From Schmidtea polychroa (taxonomy: Eukaryota): a stretch of 64,000 nt of DNA. The DNA is taken from NCBI GenBank assembly GCA_044892525.1, contig CM097885.1:29762001-29826000 (forward strand), given 5' to 3'. The notes below the pieces were generated by a model that did no database searches, was not told the DNA's origin, and saw only the letters and a program-made list of their open reading frames with translations. Shown in pieces: positions 11,301 through 24,395 of the stretch (the first letter of the stretch is position 1; each line of letters starts with the position of its first letter). A program made the position numbers and the translations under genes.

Positions 11301-13410
11301 CAAAAAACAAATAAAATATAAAAATATCTATTGAAGAAGATATGAAAATATTTGGAAATAAAAATATATACAATTTTCAAAAATTTATTATTTATTTAAA
11401 AAGTTCAAATATTGAATAGAAAAATATTTTATTCAAAATTCTAAAAAAATATCGAAAATATTAAAAAACCATTTAATTTTTATATAATTATTGAAAATTT
11501 AGATCAAGTTGATATTTAAAAAATTAGAATGTAAAAATTATATTTATAGAAAATATATCTAAAAAGAATTTTAAATCAATGAAAAATCAAAATTCAGAAC
11601 AATTCAGAACCTCGTCCAAATAAAATTGGAAAAACCCCTTATAACCTTCCACCAGTATCCAAGATAAAGTACAACAAAAACGAAATGCCAAATTATAGTA
11701 AAATAATCAATTAACAGTTTAATATATATATATATATATATATATTTCATTTCTTATTCCTTGTGATCTCCAATGCTTCGAATTGAAACAGTTTTTCTCG
11801 TATGTCTTGTGATGACATTTAGATAAAAACTTTCGTTTCTTGGAATCTGGATGTTAGTGGGCTGATAATATCTGGTTGGTAATTGGTTGTTATTATCTAG
11901 TTATTATCTAGTTATATTCGATAACTAACAGCTTCTACAAAATCCAAAGAATCTACTAGGTCATCCTGGAAGACTAATCCGAGAAATTGATAACGTGTTT
12001 AGTCTTTTATCAAAAGGTGAATGCATTTAAAATTAGGACAGGATATGTTATCAGATTACACAAAAATCCATCATAATTTAATATCAAATAAAATAAGTAG
12101 ATTATTTAACAAAATTAAATTATTTTTAGATAAAGAAATACCAATCGAAACAAGAAGAAAATATGTCGTTTGTATTATGTTTTGAGTATGATTTAATTAT
12201 TGGAGATTCAATAATAATAAAAATTAAGATTGAATTAATTGTTGAAATATTAAATTTATCACAGAAAATATCTCGATGTTAGAGGATATGGGTCTTTTAT
12301 TAGAAAGTTAATTTATTAATAAAAATAATTTAAAATATACAAAAAACAAATAAAATATAAAAATATCTATTGCCTAAGATAAATATCTCAAAATTAGAGT
12401 ATATGGGTCTTTTATTAGAAAGTTAATTTATTATTAAAAATAATTTAAAATATACAAAAATTAAATAAAATATAAAAATATCTTTTGGCTAAGATAAACA
12501 TTTTTAGAAATTAAAATGTAAACAATAATTATTTAAAATTGAAAGTTCAAATATTGAATTAAAAAAAATTTTTTTGGCAGAATGGGTTTATTTAATTATA
12601 GTTGAATTATTTGTATTTTTTTAAAGTTAAAAATGTAAATGTGTATGTAAGTCATAAATATCATAAGAAAATTTAAATGATAAAAATTAATTTATTATTA
12701 AAAATAATTGAAAATATACAAAAAACAAATCAAATTTAAAAATATCAATAAAAATATTTAGAAATAAAAGTTAAAACAATTTTTAAAATTTAATATTTTT
12801 TTTTAAAAATGGAAGGTCAAATATCGAATTTAAAAATATTTTAATCCAAATTTAAAAAAAACATTTAATTATAATAATAATATTGAAATTTTAGATCAAG
12901 ATGATAATAAACAATTAGAATGTTACAATTATATTTATGAAAAATATATATAAAATATCAAACTTTAAAGAAAATTATATCAGAATATGATTTTAAAGAT
13001 AAAAAATATATTAAAATTTCAAATATATTTTAACAAAAAATATTGAAGTACCAACAGATTTATAATAACTCTAACAGTTATATAAATACATTTTTTTAGT
13101 TTAACTAATTCAATGAAAAAGAATTTTAAAACAATGAAAAATTCGAAATTCAGAACAATTCAGAACCTCGTCCAAATGAAATTGGAAAAAGCCCTAAATA
13201 ACTTTCCACCAGCATCCAAGATGAAAAACAACGATAACTAAATGCCAATTAATAGTAAAAAAAATAATTAACAGTTTAATCAATAACTTATATATAATTA
13301 AAAATAAATAAAAAAATTAAAAAAATTAAATCATTAAATTATATTATATTTCTGATTATTCTTGAATGAAGATTTTGAACTTTTTGAATTCTATGATTGT
13401 TGAGTTCTCA
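8321..13410. repeat. AT-rich tandem repeat, unit about 2168 bp, about 2.3 copies, with internal diverged sub-repeats and a (TA)n tract
   Basis: TATCATAAGAAAATTTAAATG at 8321, 10491 and 12659; (TA)n-TTTCATTTCTTATTCC near 9577 and 11745; related diverged sequence upstream from about 7240. Confidence 0.92.
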
Positions 13411-13619
13411 GTTTCTGGTTGTTTGGTAGTGGAAATCTCTCTGTCTTTGGCGGCCAATGCGTTCATATTTTCTTTTGAAATTTTGTTTTCGGTATTTCTT
13501 ATCTGGGAAAGGTTGGCAGAGGTTTATATTATTTTCTTTATGTTCTTTGAGGTTTTATATAAAATATATTTATCATTTATTTGTTCTTTGATAAAATTTT
13601 ATAATTTGGTAACCACTAT

Positions 13620-13980
13620 CATTGAGTAGCCTACAGATGTCACAAGAGACTCAGACACTGTAGAGCTGTCAAATCCAATAGAACTCACAACTATCGAGCA
13701 ACCATGTAGAAGCATGGAAAATAATGAGACCGCAATCTCTACAGTAAACAACGAAAACATAGAAATTGACGGAACAAGTCGGGGAATAATAATAAAACCC
13801 ATTGCACCTGTACTCAAAGAAAATATATCAAATAACGAAACAAGAAGGCAATCAAGACAAGATAAAAATATCAGATCCAAGAGTCAGAAGAAAGAAAGAC
13901 AAATAATTGACTCCGATAGCCATTGATACCACAAAACAAAACAAAAAACTACGTACCGGTGGAGACCATCAACGGCAAAT
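13620..13980 (+). mobile_element. Diverged fragment of retrotransposon N-terminal linker
   Basis: Resembles 1345-1645 (NNENIEI..KNIRSKS.KK, CGTACCGGTGGAG..CAACGGCAAAT). Confidence 0.7.
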
Positions 13981-14210
13981 AATTGGCTTATGGTAGTTAA
14001 AAAACATCCAATAGCCAGTTAACCGAATGGAAAAATGCCTTGAAAATATTTTTAGCATAAAAGCCCACATAATATAGTTAATAAACTATAATATGCAGGC
14101 AATTAGTTAATCTAAATTTCAATCTAGAAATTTAAAGTTAATTTTAAAAACGACATGAATGAATCATAAAGACTCAATACATATCTACACAATGAATGAT
14201 TCATAAAGAA

Positions 14211-14806
14211 TCAAATCATCGCGCATGGGGATGAAGTTCAAAATCTCGCAGTTTACACCACTCGAATTCTTACGCTTCCCCGACCGTAAAGTAAGTCGTC
14301 TACAAACGATTTAATGCCAACACGTAAATCATTAAAAATGATTCAAACATCCAAACTATTTTCATAGAATGGTTAGAGTTTAAATATATGGCTAAGCCAC
14401 ATCCACTAACTTGCGTTAATGAATAATAATATTGCCTCATTACGAGGATGGCACAAAATATCATGATTTTTAGGCGAGATTCAGACTTAGAGGCGTTCAG
14501 TCTTAATCTCTCGGATGGTAGCTTCGTGCCACTGACCTTTTGATCAAGCACATTTACCAGTGATCCGAATCTGCGGTTCCTCTCGTACTGACCAGAATTA
14601 CTATTATCATGACAAATTATATAGTAGGGTAAAACTAACATGTCTCACAACAGTCTAAACCCAGCTCACGTTCCCTATTAGTGAGTGAACAATCCAACGC
14701 TTTGCGAAATCTGCTTCGCAATGATAGGAAGAGCCGACAACGAAGGATCAAAAAGCGACGTCGCTATGAACGCTTGGCCACCACAAGCCAGTTATCCCTG
14801 TGGTAA
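14211..14806 (-). rRNA. 28S rRNA: 3'-terminal ~600 nt of 28S rRNA, pseudogenic fragment
   Basis: Minus strand has GGGATAACTGGC, GTCGGCTCTTCC, GAACGTGAGCTGGGTTTAGAC, the sarcin-ricin loop AGTACGAGAGGAACCG (14574-14589) and GTAGACGACTTA; several universally conserved bases are substituted. Confidence 0.95.
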
Positions 14807-16836
14807 TAGCACAAATTCGAAAATCGGAGAAGATGAAAACATCACAACAATATCAGAAATACAAAAATTACATCAAAAAAACAGTCATTTGGAATCAGGA
14901 ATGCAGATAATGATGAAAATGATGCAATCATTGACTGAAGAAATAAATACTCTAAAAAAATGATGGACAAATCACAAAATGGGAATGAAACAGATAAAAA
15001 TAATCAAAGAAACAGTTATGCCCAAATTGCCAAAAAATCAAATAGCAATTTAAATTTCCAAGAAAATGATAAAAATTTGAATTTTACAAATTGTAAAAAA
15101 AATTCAAATTCGGAAGAAAATAATAAAAATTTAAATTTAAATTCAAATTTAAATACAGAAAATCAAGAGAATTTAAATATTTTAAAATCAAATATTAATG
15201 ATTTTAAAATTTCGAAGAATACATCATTTAAAAATTTTAAAAATAAGAAAGATTTTATAAATAATAAAAATGATTTTAAGCCAATAATCAATCAACACTG
15301 AAATCCAGATCTGCGCTGAGAAAATTAATACTACAACACTGAATTCTCAACCAGTAGAATCAAACAGAAAGAGAAGAAAGGCAATCTTAGCAAGTGATGA
15401 AGAGCAAAATCTTCCAAAAAAGACTAATAATCATAAAGAGCAACCCATATTCGACCAACCTGAAAAATTGATTGGAGGAGGACCAAGTGATAATGAGAAC
15501 TTCCAGATCCACGTTACTAATGAACTAACCTACAAATGTGCTCTGATTGGATGCCAATCCAAATCTGAATCATTAGCCGGGATTAAACAGCATGTATCAA
15601 GAGCCCATAAAATCAGGACAACATACACTAAATGCCATCAATGACCAAACAATATTCAACAACATGAAATTGAAGAACATGTCAAATATCATAAAGAGTT
15701 GACAAATAAATATAAAGATGCGAAAATGGATGTCATAATTCCAACAAAAAATGACATTCCTTCAAACATCGCATGACTAGCACAGTCAGCTATCGAGGCT
15801 CAAATAAGATCAATCATAAAAGAGCCTAAGAACAAAGATAGCATAATCTGTTACTTAAATCCCCAGTGCGCTAATGACCTAATATCAAACAACAGGAATG
15901 GCCTCTTTAAAAAGTTAAAAATGGATGCCCTTGTTGGATGTGAGCTTACTATTTGGCTAATCCATTGGAATAAAAGTCATTGAACTGTATACCTTGCAGA
16001 AAGGAAAAACAGGACGTCAGTAATTATGGACCCTGACAATCAAATGTCTCAAGAACTTAAGATTTCCATCAAAAAGAAAATAGATGATATACTGAGAATA
16101 ACTTCCTCCGAGCAAGACAATGAAATGCAATTAATGAACATCCCAATCTATCCAACTCAGACAAACAAATATGATTGTGGAGTGTTCGTTATTCAATATA
16201 TAATGGACTTCCTAGAAAATCCGGAGAGGCCCATATTCAATATGCCCGACTCCGATAAAATAAGAACCCAAATAACATCAAGCATATTAGAGGATATCAA
16301 AAGATACAAAAAATGCTCAAATGAATCAAAGAAAGAAGATATAGAAGATGCTATAAACCAATTTAGATTACACCAGCTATCAATAAACGATATACTAAAT
16401 TGGCTCAAACACAGATTTCTAAAAGATCCTAAACCGAGAAGGGCATGCAGAAGCGAAAATAAAAAACCCAATCTATGCTCATACCAAATACAGAGATTAT
16501 ACTCAATAAACTCTGGCAAAGCGATAATGCAAATACATAATGAATCATGCAAGGTTATTGACCTAACATCAACGTCAATGGACCTGCATTTTACAAAACC
16601 AAAGCCACCAAAAATACAGAACATGATTAATATTGCGTACAAAAGACCAGAATGGGAATCCTCAAAGCCAATTTCAGAGAAAGATGTATTCTTTGCAATA
16701 AAAAATAGCAAAGATACAGCGCCAGGAGAGGACGGAATTCCGGTCAGAGCATAGAAAGAATGGATGCCTGAGGACCCATTGACTCCAATATTCAATAGAA
16801 TAATCGAATCCAAAACTATCCCTGATTCTTGGAAAA
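14807..16836 (+). pseudogene. 5' half of NeSL/R5-like retrotransposon (subfamily C) inserted antisense in 28S
   Basis: Abuts 28S at CCCTGTGGTAA; coiled coil, two C2H2-like fingers, Ulp1 motifs (YDCG), APGEDG; several stops and frameshifts. Confidence 0.9.
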
Positions 16837-17845
16837 ATAATATAATTTAATGATTTAATTTTTTTAATTTTTTTATTTATTTTTAATTATATATAAGTTA
16901 TTGATTAAACTGTTAATTATTTTTTTTACTATTAATTGGCATTTAGTTATCGTTGTTTTTCATCTTGGATGCTGGTGGAAAGTTATTTAGGGCTTTTTCC
17001 AATTTCATTTGGACGAGGTTCTGAATTGTTCTGAATTTCGAATTTTTCATTGTTTTAAAATTCTTTTTCATTGAATTAGTTAAACTAAAAAAATGTATTT
17101 ATATAACTGTTAGAGTTATTATAAATCTGTTGGTACTTCAATATTTTTTGTTAAAATATATTTGAAATTTTAATATATTTTTTATCTTTAAAATCATATT
17201 CTGATATAATTTTCTTTAAAGTTTGATATTTTAGATATATTTTTCATAAATATAATTGTAACATTCTAATTGTTTATTATCATCTTGATCTAAAATTTCA
17301 ATATTATTATTATAATTAAATGTTTTTTTTAAATTTGGATTAAAATATTTTTAAATTCGATATTTGACCTTCCATTTTCAAAAAAAATAATTAAATTTTA
17401 AAAATTGTTTTAACTTTTATTTCTAATTATTTTTATTGATATTTTTAAATTTAAATTTTTTTTGTATATTTTCAATTATTTTTAATAATAAATTAATTTT
17501 TATCATTTAAATTTTCTTATGATATTTATGACTTACATACACACTTACATTTTTAACTTTAAAAAAATACAAATAATTCAACTATAATTAAATAAACCCA
17601 TTCTGCCAAAAAAAATTTTTTTAATTCAATATTTGAACTTTCAATTTTAAATAATTATTGTTTACATTTTAATTTCTAAAAATGTTTATCTTAGCCAAAA
17701 GATATTTTTATATTTTATTTGATTTTTGTATATTTTAAATTATTTTTAATAATAAATTAACTTTCTAATAAAAGACCCATATACTCTAATTTTGAGATAT
17801 TTATCTTAGGCAATAGATATTTTTATATTTTATTTGTTTTTTGTA
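16837..17845 (-). repeat. Inverted ~1-kb copy of the AT-rich repeat (about 12338-13347)
   Basis: Reads as the reverse complement, e.g. CATCTTGGATGCTGGTGGAAAGTTATTTAGGGC versus GCCCTAAATAACTTTCCACCAGCATCCAAGATG. Confidence 0.92.
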
Positions 17846-20800
17846 ATTGCAATCATTTTTCTGGATGGAAGTTATGAATTCCAAAAACCTATTGACCAGC
17901 ATAATGCAATACACTGGTTCAACTTCTTTATCAAAAGAACGATAGTCGGAGTACCAAGATCCTTCAATCTAAGGAAAAGTATACCATATCTTAATAAAAG
18001 CCAAACAGTTCCGCAGACCAATGTGGAAACAAATGGAGACATAACCAACCACTCTAACCTGAAAGGTCTACAATGCCGAGATATTAGTAGAAAAAGGAGA
18101 AAATGCTCAACTAATGAATCCGTAGAACATCAATCAAAGAGAAAAAATAATGAGGAAAATACTGAACAACCAGTAAATCAGGAAGAAGAAACACATGTAA
18201 CTCATCAAACCACAACAAGTCCCAATCAATCATTAAATGAACAAGCATGACGGGATGGGGAAAGGACAACAAGTGCAGTCCTACCCCCACAAGAAAATAC
18301 TATCATTTCAACACTCCAAAACCCTGACAACCGTCTAATAGGAGGAACAATGCAAATCAAACAAATTGAAGCTTCAATCGATCTAATAATTGACAATGAA
18401 TGCAGAATAGTTTGTGCAAAAGAAGGTTGCAACAAAACCTATACTGATATCTTCCATGCTGAGCACCATTCCAGAAATAAACATAATCTACCTTCTGGAA
18501 CAAGAACAAAGGTCAAATGTGTACAATGTGAGAACCCAATCGAAGGAGATCAAGTAAATGACCATATCAACAACCACAAAGACGAAAGAAAAGAAGACCT
18601 GATTAGACAAATGAATATCATCCTACCAAATAAAAGAGATACGCCTTACGGACCATATGATCTACTATCACAAGCGGCGTTGGAAATATATATTAGGAAT
18701 CTAATAATGTATGACAAAAGGGAAATAGCATACATTGGCCCCAGAGCATCAATATACCTTAACAACAACAATAAACACGCTCTGCTCAAAGAAATACAAC
18801 TGCACAACCTTGTCGGCTGGAAACTGGCAATCTGGCTCATCCACTGGAATGGTAGCCACTGGGCAGTGTACCTAGCTAATAAAAACACTAGACAATCCAT
18901 AATCCTGGATTCAGCTAACTCATTTACAATCAACCAAGAATTTTTAATGAAAAAGAATATGGATTCAATTCTTAATACCGCATCAGAAGAGGATAAACCC
19001 TTCCTGAGATTGCAGATTGAGCATAAACCTACCCAATCTAACCAATATGACTGCGGCCCATATGTACTACAATTCATAAAGGACTTTCTAAATAATCCTG
19101 AAAGAACTAGATACAACGAGCCAAACACGAAAGAAATTAGAGAAAAAATATGCGAATTAATAACGGAAGAATGAAAAAAATAAAGATAATGGAATAAAAC
19201 AAATCAATGATCCTGAAATCGCAGAGCTACTGAAAAAATTCTCACTACATCAATACACAATTGAACAGATCCTAGAAAATTTCAGAAGAATATACGAAAG
19301 AGACAATCTAAAACCAAAAAGAAATTCTAAACTAAAGATTCCAATGGCTAAATGCTCTTATCAGATCCAACGATTATATGCCATCAATCCTGGAAGAGCT
19401 ATTAATGAAATAAACAAAGCCACTGATTCTACTCCAGAACTACAAACAGAAGTAATGAACATCTACTTCACCAGACAAAAACCACAAACAAATCCAGAAA
19501 ATATTCTAATATCGAAAAGAACCGCTGACTGGATAACCGACAAAAAGATCAAAAACAAGGAAATCACAATAACAATCAAAAGAATGGAAGATAAAGCACC
19601 AGGAGCAGACAAAATTCCTATACGACAATGGAAAACCTGGAACAAAGATAGGGCATTAAAAGTGCTATTTAACCATATCATAAAACAAAAGAAGATACCA
19701 ATAAACTGGAAAACATTTATGACAAAACTAATTATAAAACCAGGAAAAGCCGAAGAAGCATCCAATCCATCTAACTGGAGACCGATAGCACTAATGCCAA
19801 CGGCCTATAGAATCCTAATGAAACTACTAAATAAAAGATTATTAAAATGGATCCATGACGGAAAGCTACTATCTCCATGGCAAAAGCATTTTAGAAAAAG
19901 AAAACGGATGCGATGAGCACAATTTCATAATCAATTGCCTTATGGAAAAAGCAAACAGAACAAGATACAAAGGCGAACAGATACACCTAGTATTCTTGGA
20001 CCTCGCAGACGCCTTTGGCAGTATGCCACACGAGGTGATTTGGTACACATTAGAGAGAATGGGGTTAAATAAAAACACCATTGAACTAATTAAAAATAGC
20101 TACCAAGACTGCTTCTCAATATACGAAAGCGGCGAATCCCAATCAGACAAAATTAAAATTGATAAAGGGGTCAAACAGGGATGCCCCTTGTCCATGACGC
20201 TATTTAGTCTATGTATAGAATTCCTCATAAAAGCTGTAGAGGATCTAAACAAAGGTGCCAAAATAGCAGAAACAAAAATAAGTATTCTAGCCTACGCAGA
20301 CGATTTGGTACTAATCGCAAATAACAAAGAGGACATCCAAATAATGCTTAACACCATATTCGAAGAGGCAAATAAAGCATGTCTAACCTCTAAACCTGCC
20401 AAATGTGGATATTTCAGTGAACAAGAAAACAATGATATCCCAATAATGATCAACAACCAGACAATTAGGAAAATCAACAACAATGAACTGTACACATACC
20501 TAGGAGTCAGAATAGGAGGACCTAAAAAAAGGAACAGACCAACTATTCAAGGAAGCAATCACCTACTCTGAAAAGATATTCAAATCAAAACTTAAAGCAT
20601 GTCAAAAAATAGAAGCATACCAAACATTTATACACTCCAAATTCGTATTCCCTCTCCAAGGAGAAGACATAAACAAAGGGAACATCGAAGAATACGATAA
20701 CCAAATCCGAACAAGAATCAAAAAAGATGTTATTGACCTACCTACAAATAGTCCATTTATGGATGCAATAATCTATTCCCCAAGAGCAAAAGGAGGTCTA

Positions 20801-22037
20801 GGAATAACAAAAGTCGCAGACGAGCAACTTATCCAGACCATCGCTAGATACCTAAGGCTATTTAACAGTAGCCACATGGACATCAGATGAATCCTAACAG
20901 AAGAAACAATTGATATTGCCAAGATCAGAACAAACCAGACAATCTATACCATTAAAGACGCAATAAAATGGCTAGATAATACGCATACCAACTCAAAAAG
21001 GAACGACACAAAATACAGTTGGATCACTAGAATCAAAACAGCAATAATGGGAATCATGAGAACCCATAAAATTGAGATAAAACTGTCCATTAATGAGGAT
21101 GACCAACTAGAAGCAAGAGTCAAATGTGCTACTGAAGAAACACCAGTAGTGGTCAAAGAAACGAATAAAATTTCAGCAACACTACACTGGATGATCAAAG
21201 AAAGCTATTTCAATAAATGGAAAGCAGCTAAATGCCAAGGCTACATCATAAGCCTCCCATATTCCAAGAAAATGGAATGGGAACTCCCACGGAACTTAGA
21301 TGATTCAGATTGGCAATTCATAATAAAAGCACGTGCCAACATGCTTGACCTAAGGAACAAGCAAGCAAACCAAGGAGGAAGACTAGCAGCAATAAACTGC
21401 AGGAAATGCGACTACCCAAGAGAATGCCAAGCACATGCCATCAACCACTGTGACTATGGTAAAAACAGTAGAGTAACAAAACACAACGAAATCCAAAGAT
21501 TGCTTACCGAATTACTCGAAACAAAAAAGTTAAATTACGAGACAGAAGCAATACCAAAAGAATCATCTGTGAACCTAAAACCAGACATCCTAATCAGAGG
21601 AGAATCAAAAAATACCATCATTGACATTAAATGTCCTTTCGATGACTAGGATACCATTGAACTGGCAAGAAACAAAAACCAAGACAAATATCGAAACTTG
21701 GCCACAGAGATCCAAACCAAGTCTGAAAAACCTACCACTGTAGAAACATTTGTGGTGTGTTCCCTTGGAACCCGGGATAAGAGAAATAACGAAATCCTCA
21801 GAAAACTTCAATTCAAATTTGACGAATATTCAAAAACAAAAGACAAAATGATCAAAGCCGTAATCAAAGGATCCAGATACACATTCGACCAGCACAGGGG
21901 CTTCATGACCTGATGCTTTAAATATACCAGTGACTAGTTCACTCAAGAATCCAGATATCCCACCTATTCTGTTTACAGAAAGGTTCTTAACTCATCCTTG
22001 TGATGACACTTTTTGTTATATTAATAAATATTTTGTA
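17846..22037 (+). mobile_element. Most complete NeSL/R5-like retrotransposon (subfamily D): C2H2 x2, Ulp1, RT, CCHC, restriction-like endonuclease, 3' UTR; disabled
   Basis: HW..LDS..QSNQYDCG; NWRPIAL; AYADDL; CRKC..HAINHC; R..KHNEI; KPDILI..IIDIK; AATAAA near 22023; multiple stops and frameshifts (e.g. 18248, ~19175, ~19890, ~20530, 21647). Confidence 0.93.
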
Positions 22038-22088
22038 TTTCTGACACCTCTTGCTACAAACTCTGTAAAAATCAAAAGGATCGATAGG
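22038..22088 (-). rRNA. 51-bp 28S target remnant at the 3' junction of element D
   Basis: TTTCTGACACCTCTTGCT...TCAAAAGGATCGATAGG is the antisense 28S sequence that normally continues from CCCTGTGGTAACTT. Confidence 0.85.
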
Positions 22089-23990
22089 GAACAAAACCAA
22101 TCAATGAATAAAACCATCAAATACATTGAACCAAGACTGGCAAACTTGCTTATCAATCGAAACTTGAGAACATTTCATAATGAAATCAAGATAGACTCCT
22201 TGATTGGATGGGAACTAATAATCTGGCTTATACACTGGAACAACTGCCATTGGATTGTCTACCTTGCTAATTTCGAGGATAAAACCTCCATTATCTTGGA
22301 TTCAGACAATCAGATGACAACATTGCAAAAGTGTTATATAAAAGACAGACTAGATAAATTCCTAGAAAATACAGTGGAAGAAAGAACCATCTTTAAATCA
22401 CTTGAAAACAGATTAATTCCTCAACAATCAAACGACTATGATTGTGGAACATATGTCCTTCAATTCATAGAGGACTTTGTGAATGAACCTGAAAGACTAA
22501 ATTATCAGACTCCAGACTCAATTAGAATTAGAAACATAATCGGGAAGCAGATTATGGAAGAATTAAAAGATGCCAAAAAGAATACACCAAAGAAGTCAAA
22601 TAAAGAAATAGACGAATTAATTCTCAAATTGAAGTTACTACAGATAGACATTCATTCAGTACTTCAATGGTTCACGAACAAATATAATGAATCAATCCCT
22701 AAACAAAAGAACAAAAGAGGTGCAAAGATCAACATCTCAAAATGCTCATATCAAATACAAAGATTATTTGCATAGCTCCAAAAAGAGCAATAAAGGAAAT
22801 ATATAAAAATGAGTCAGCCCCAGCAGACCTTCCGAAAAGCATCTTAGATGCTTACTTCATAAAAGAAAATTGATCTCGGAATGGCAGTAGGCAGTAATGG
22901 CTGTGATGAGCACAATTACATCATCCAGGCACTGACTGAGAAATCGAACAGAATTAAATACAAACACGAACAATGTCACCTGGCTTTCTTGGACTTGGCT
23001 GATGCATTCGGAAGCATCCCATTTTCTGTCATTTGGCATACAATGAGCATAATGGGACTCGATAAAACAACTATCGACCTATTAAAAGAATTGTATAAAG
23101 ATAATGTCACAAGATACAAAAGTGGAAAAACTGAATCGGAAAGGATAAACATTGTAAAAGGCGTGAAACAGGGTTGCCCACTATCAATGACCCTATTCAG
23201 CCTATGCATTCAATTCATTCTAAAAGAGATCATCAATATGAATAAAGGAGCAACAATGGCAGCACAAGATATTAACATCCTTGCCTATGCAGACGACTTA
23301 GTAATTGTGGCCGATTCTGCTAAAAACCTACAAATTCTACTAGGAAGAATTGAAGATCTAGCAAATAAAGCATGCCTAAAGTTCAAACCGGCAAAATGCG
23401 GATACTACAGAGATCCAAAAGACAATACATCACGAGTTATGATCTATAAAGAACAAATCAGATTAGTAAGTGAGGAAAACATATACACCTATCTTGGAGT
23501 CAGAATAGGTGATAAAAAGAAAAAGAACCTAAATAAGCTTTTCGAAAAGGTTAAAGATCATACTAAATCGATTTTCACTTCAAAACTCAGAAATGACCAA
23601 AAACTGGGGGCTTATAACACCTTTGGCTAATCAAAATTTGTATATATACTACAAGGAGAAGATATCTCAAAAATAAATATTGAAAAATACGATAATGATA
23701 TAAAAGCCATAATAAAAAAGCACGTGCTAGATCTCCAAGATAACAGCCCATTCACAGACTCAGTGATTTACTCACCACGAGAAAAGGGAGGCTTAGGAAT
23801 CACAAAAGTGTTCGATGAGCAGATAATCCAAACAATAAATAGAGCTCTGAAACTCCTAACAAGTAACCACAAACTGATCCAAGAAAAGATTGAAGATTTG
23901 GAAAATGCATTGAAATGGTTGGATGGATCAATAAAATACAAGAAAAACACAAACGCCAAGACAACGTGGATAACACGAGTAAGAGAAAAC
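22089..23990 (+). pseudogene. Internally deleted NeSL/R5-like fragment (subfamily E): Ulp1 plus RT
   Basis: WLIHWNNCHW..LDS..QQSNDYDCG; early RT motifs missing near 22870-22880; FLDLADAFGSIP and AYADDL present. Confidence 0.9.
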
Positions 23991-24395
23991 TTTTTTAGAC
24001 GACCATCTGAAATAGTCCAAAAAATTAGACTAAGTATTTTGGCTAGTGTACAAATGCTACTGCAAAAACATTTTCAAAAAATGTGGTAATGAAGAGATTT
24101 TGACAATTGGAGGAGATGAAATTCAGATTGCAGATCTTACAAAGTCAGAAATCAGCCAAAACAAACCAGATAATCAGAATACTTCAACAATTTCTGAATT
24201 AAAGAATGAGAATCGTCAATTACGTTTGGAAATGAAAAACATGAAGAAAATGATGGAACAAATGATAAAATCAATTGAAACTTTAGAACAAATTATCAAA
24301 GACTCTGCCAAAATTTCTACAGAAAATAGAAAAACACAACCAAATTCAGATCAGATTGTGAAAATTCGAGAAAAAGAGCATTATTTAAACAAAGT

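Noticed and set aside
14300..14641. 113-aa ORF on the 28S sense strand
   Set aside because: Chance frame within rRNA sequence
14788..14806. Resemblance to the I-SceI homing site (GGGATAAC)
   Set aside because: Explained by rRNA conservation; no homing endonuclease or group I intron is present
15640..15983. Alternative genetic code with TGA as Trp
   Set aside because: TGG is used routinely, TAA/TAG lesions and frameshifts also occur, and TGA ends Polinton genes
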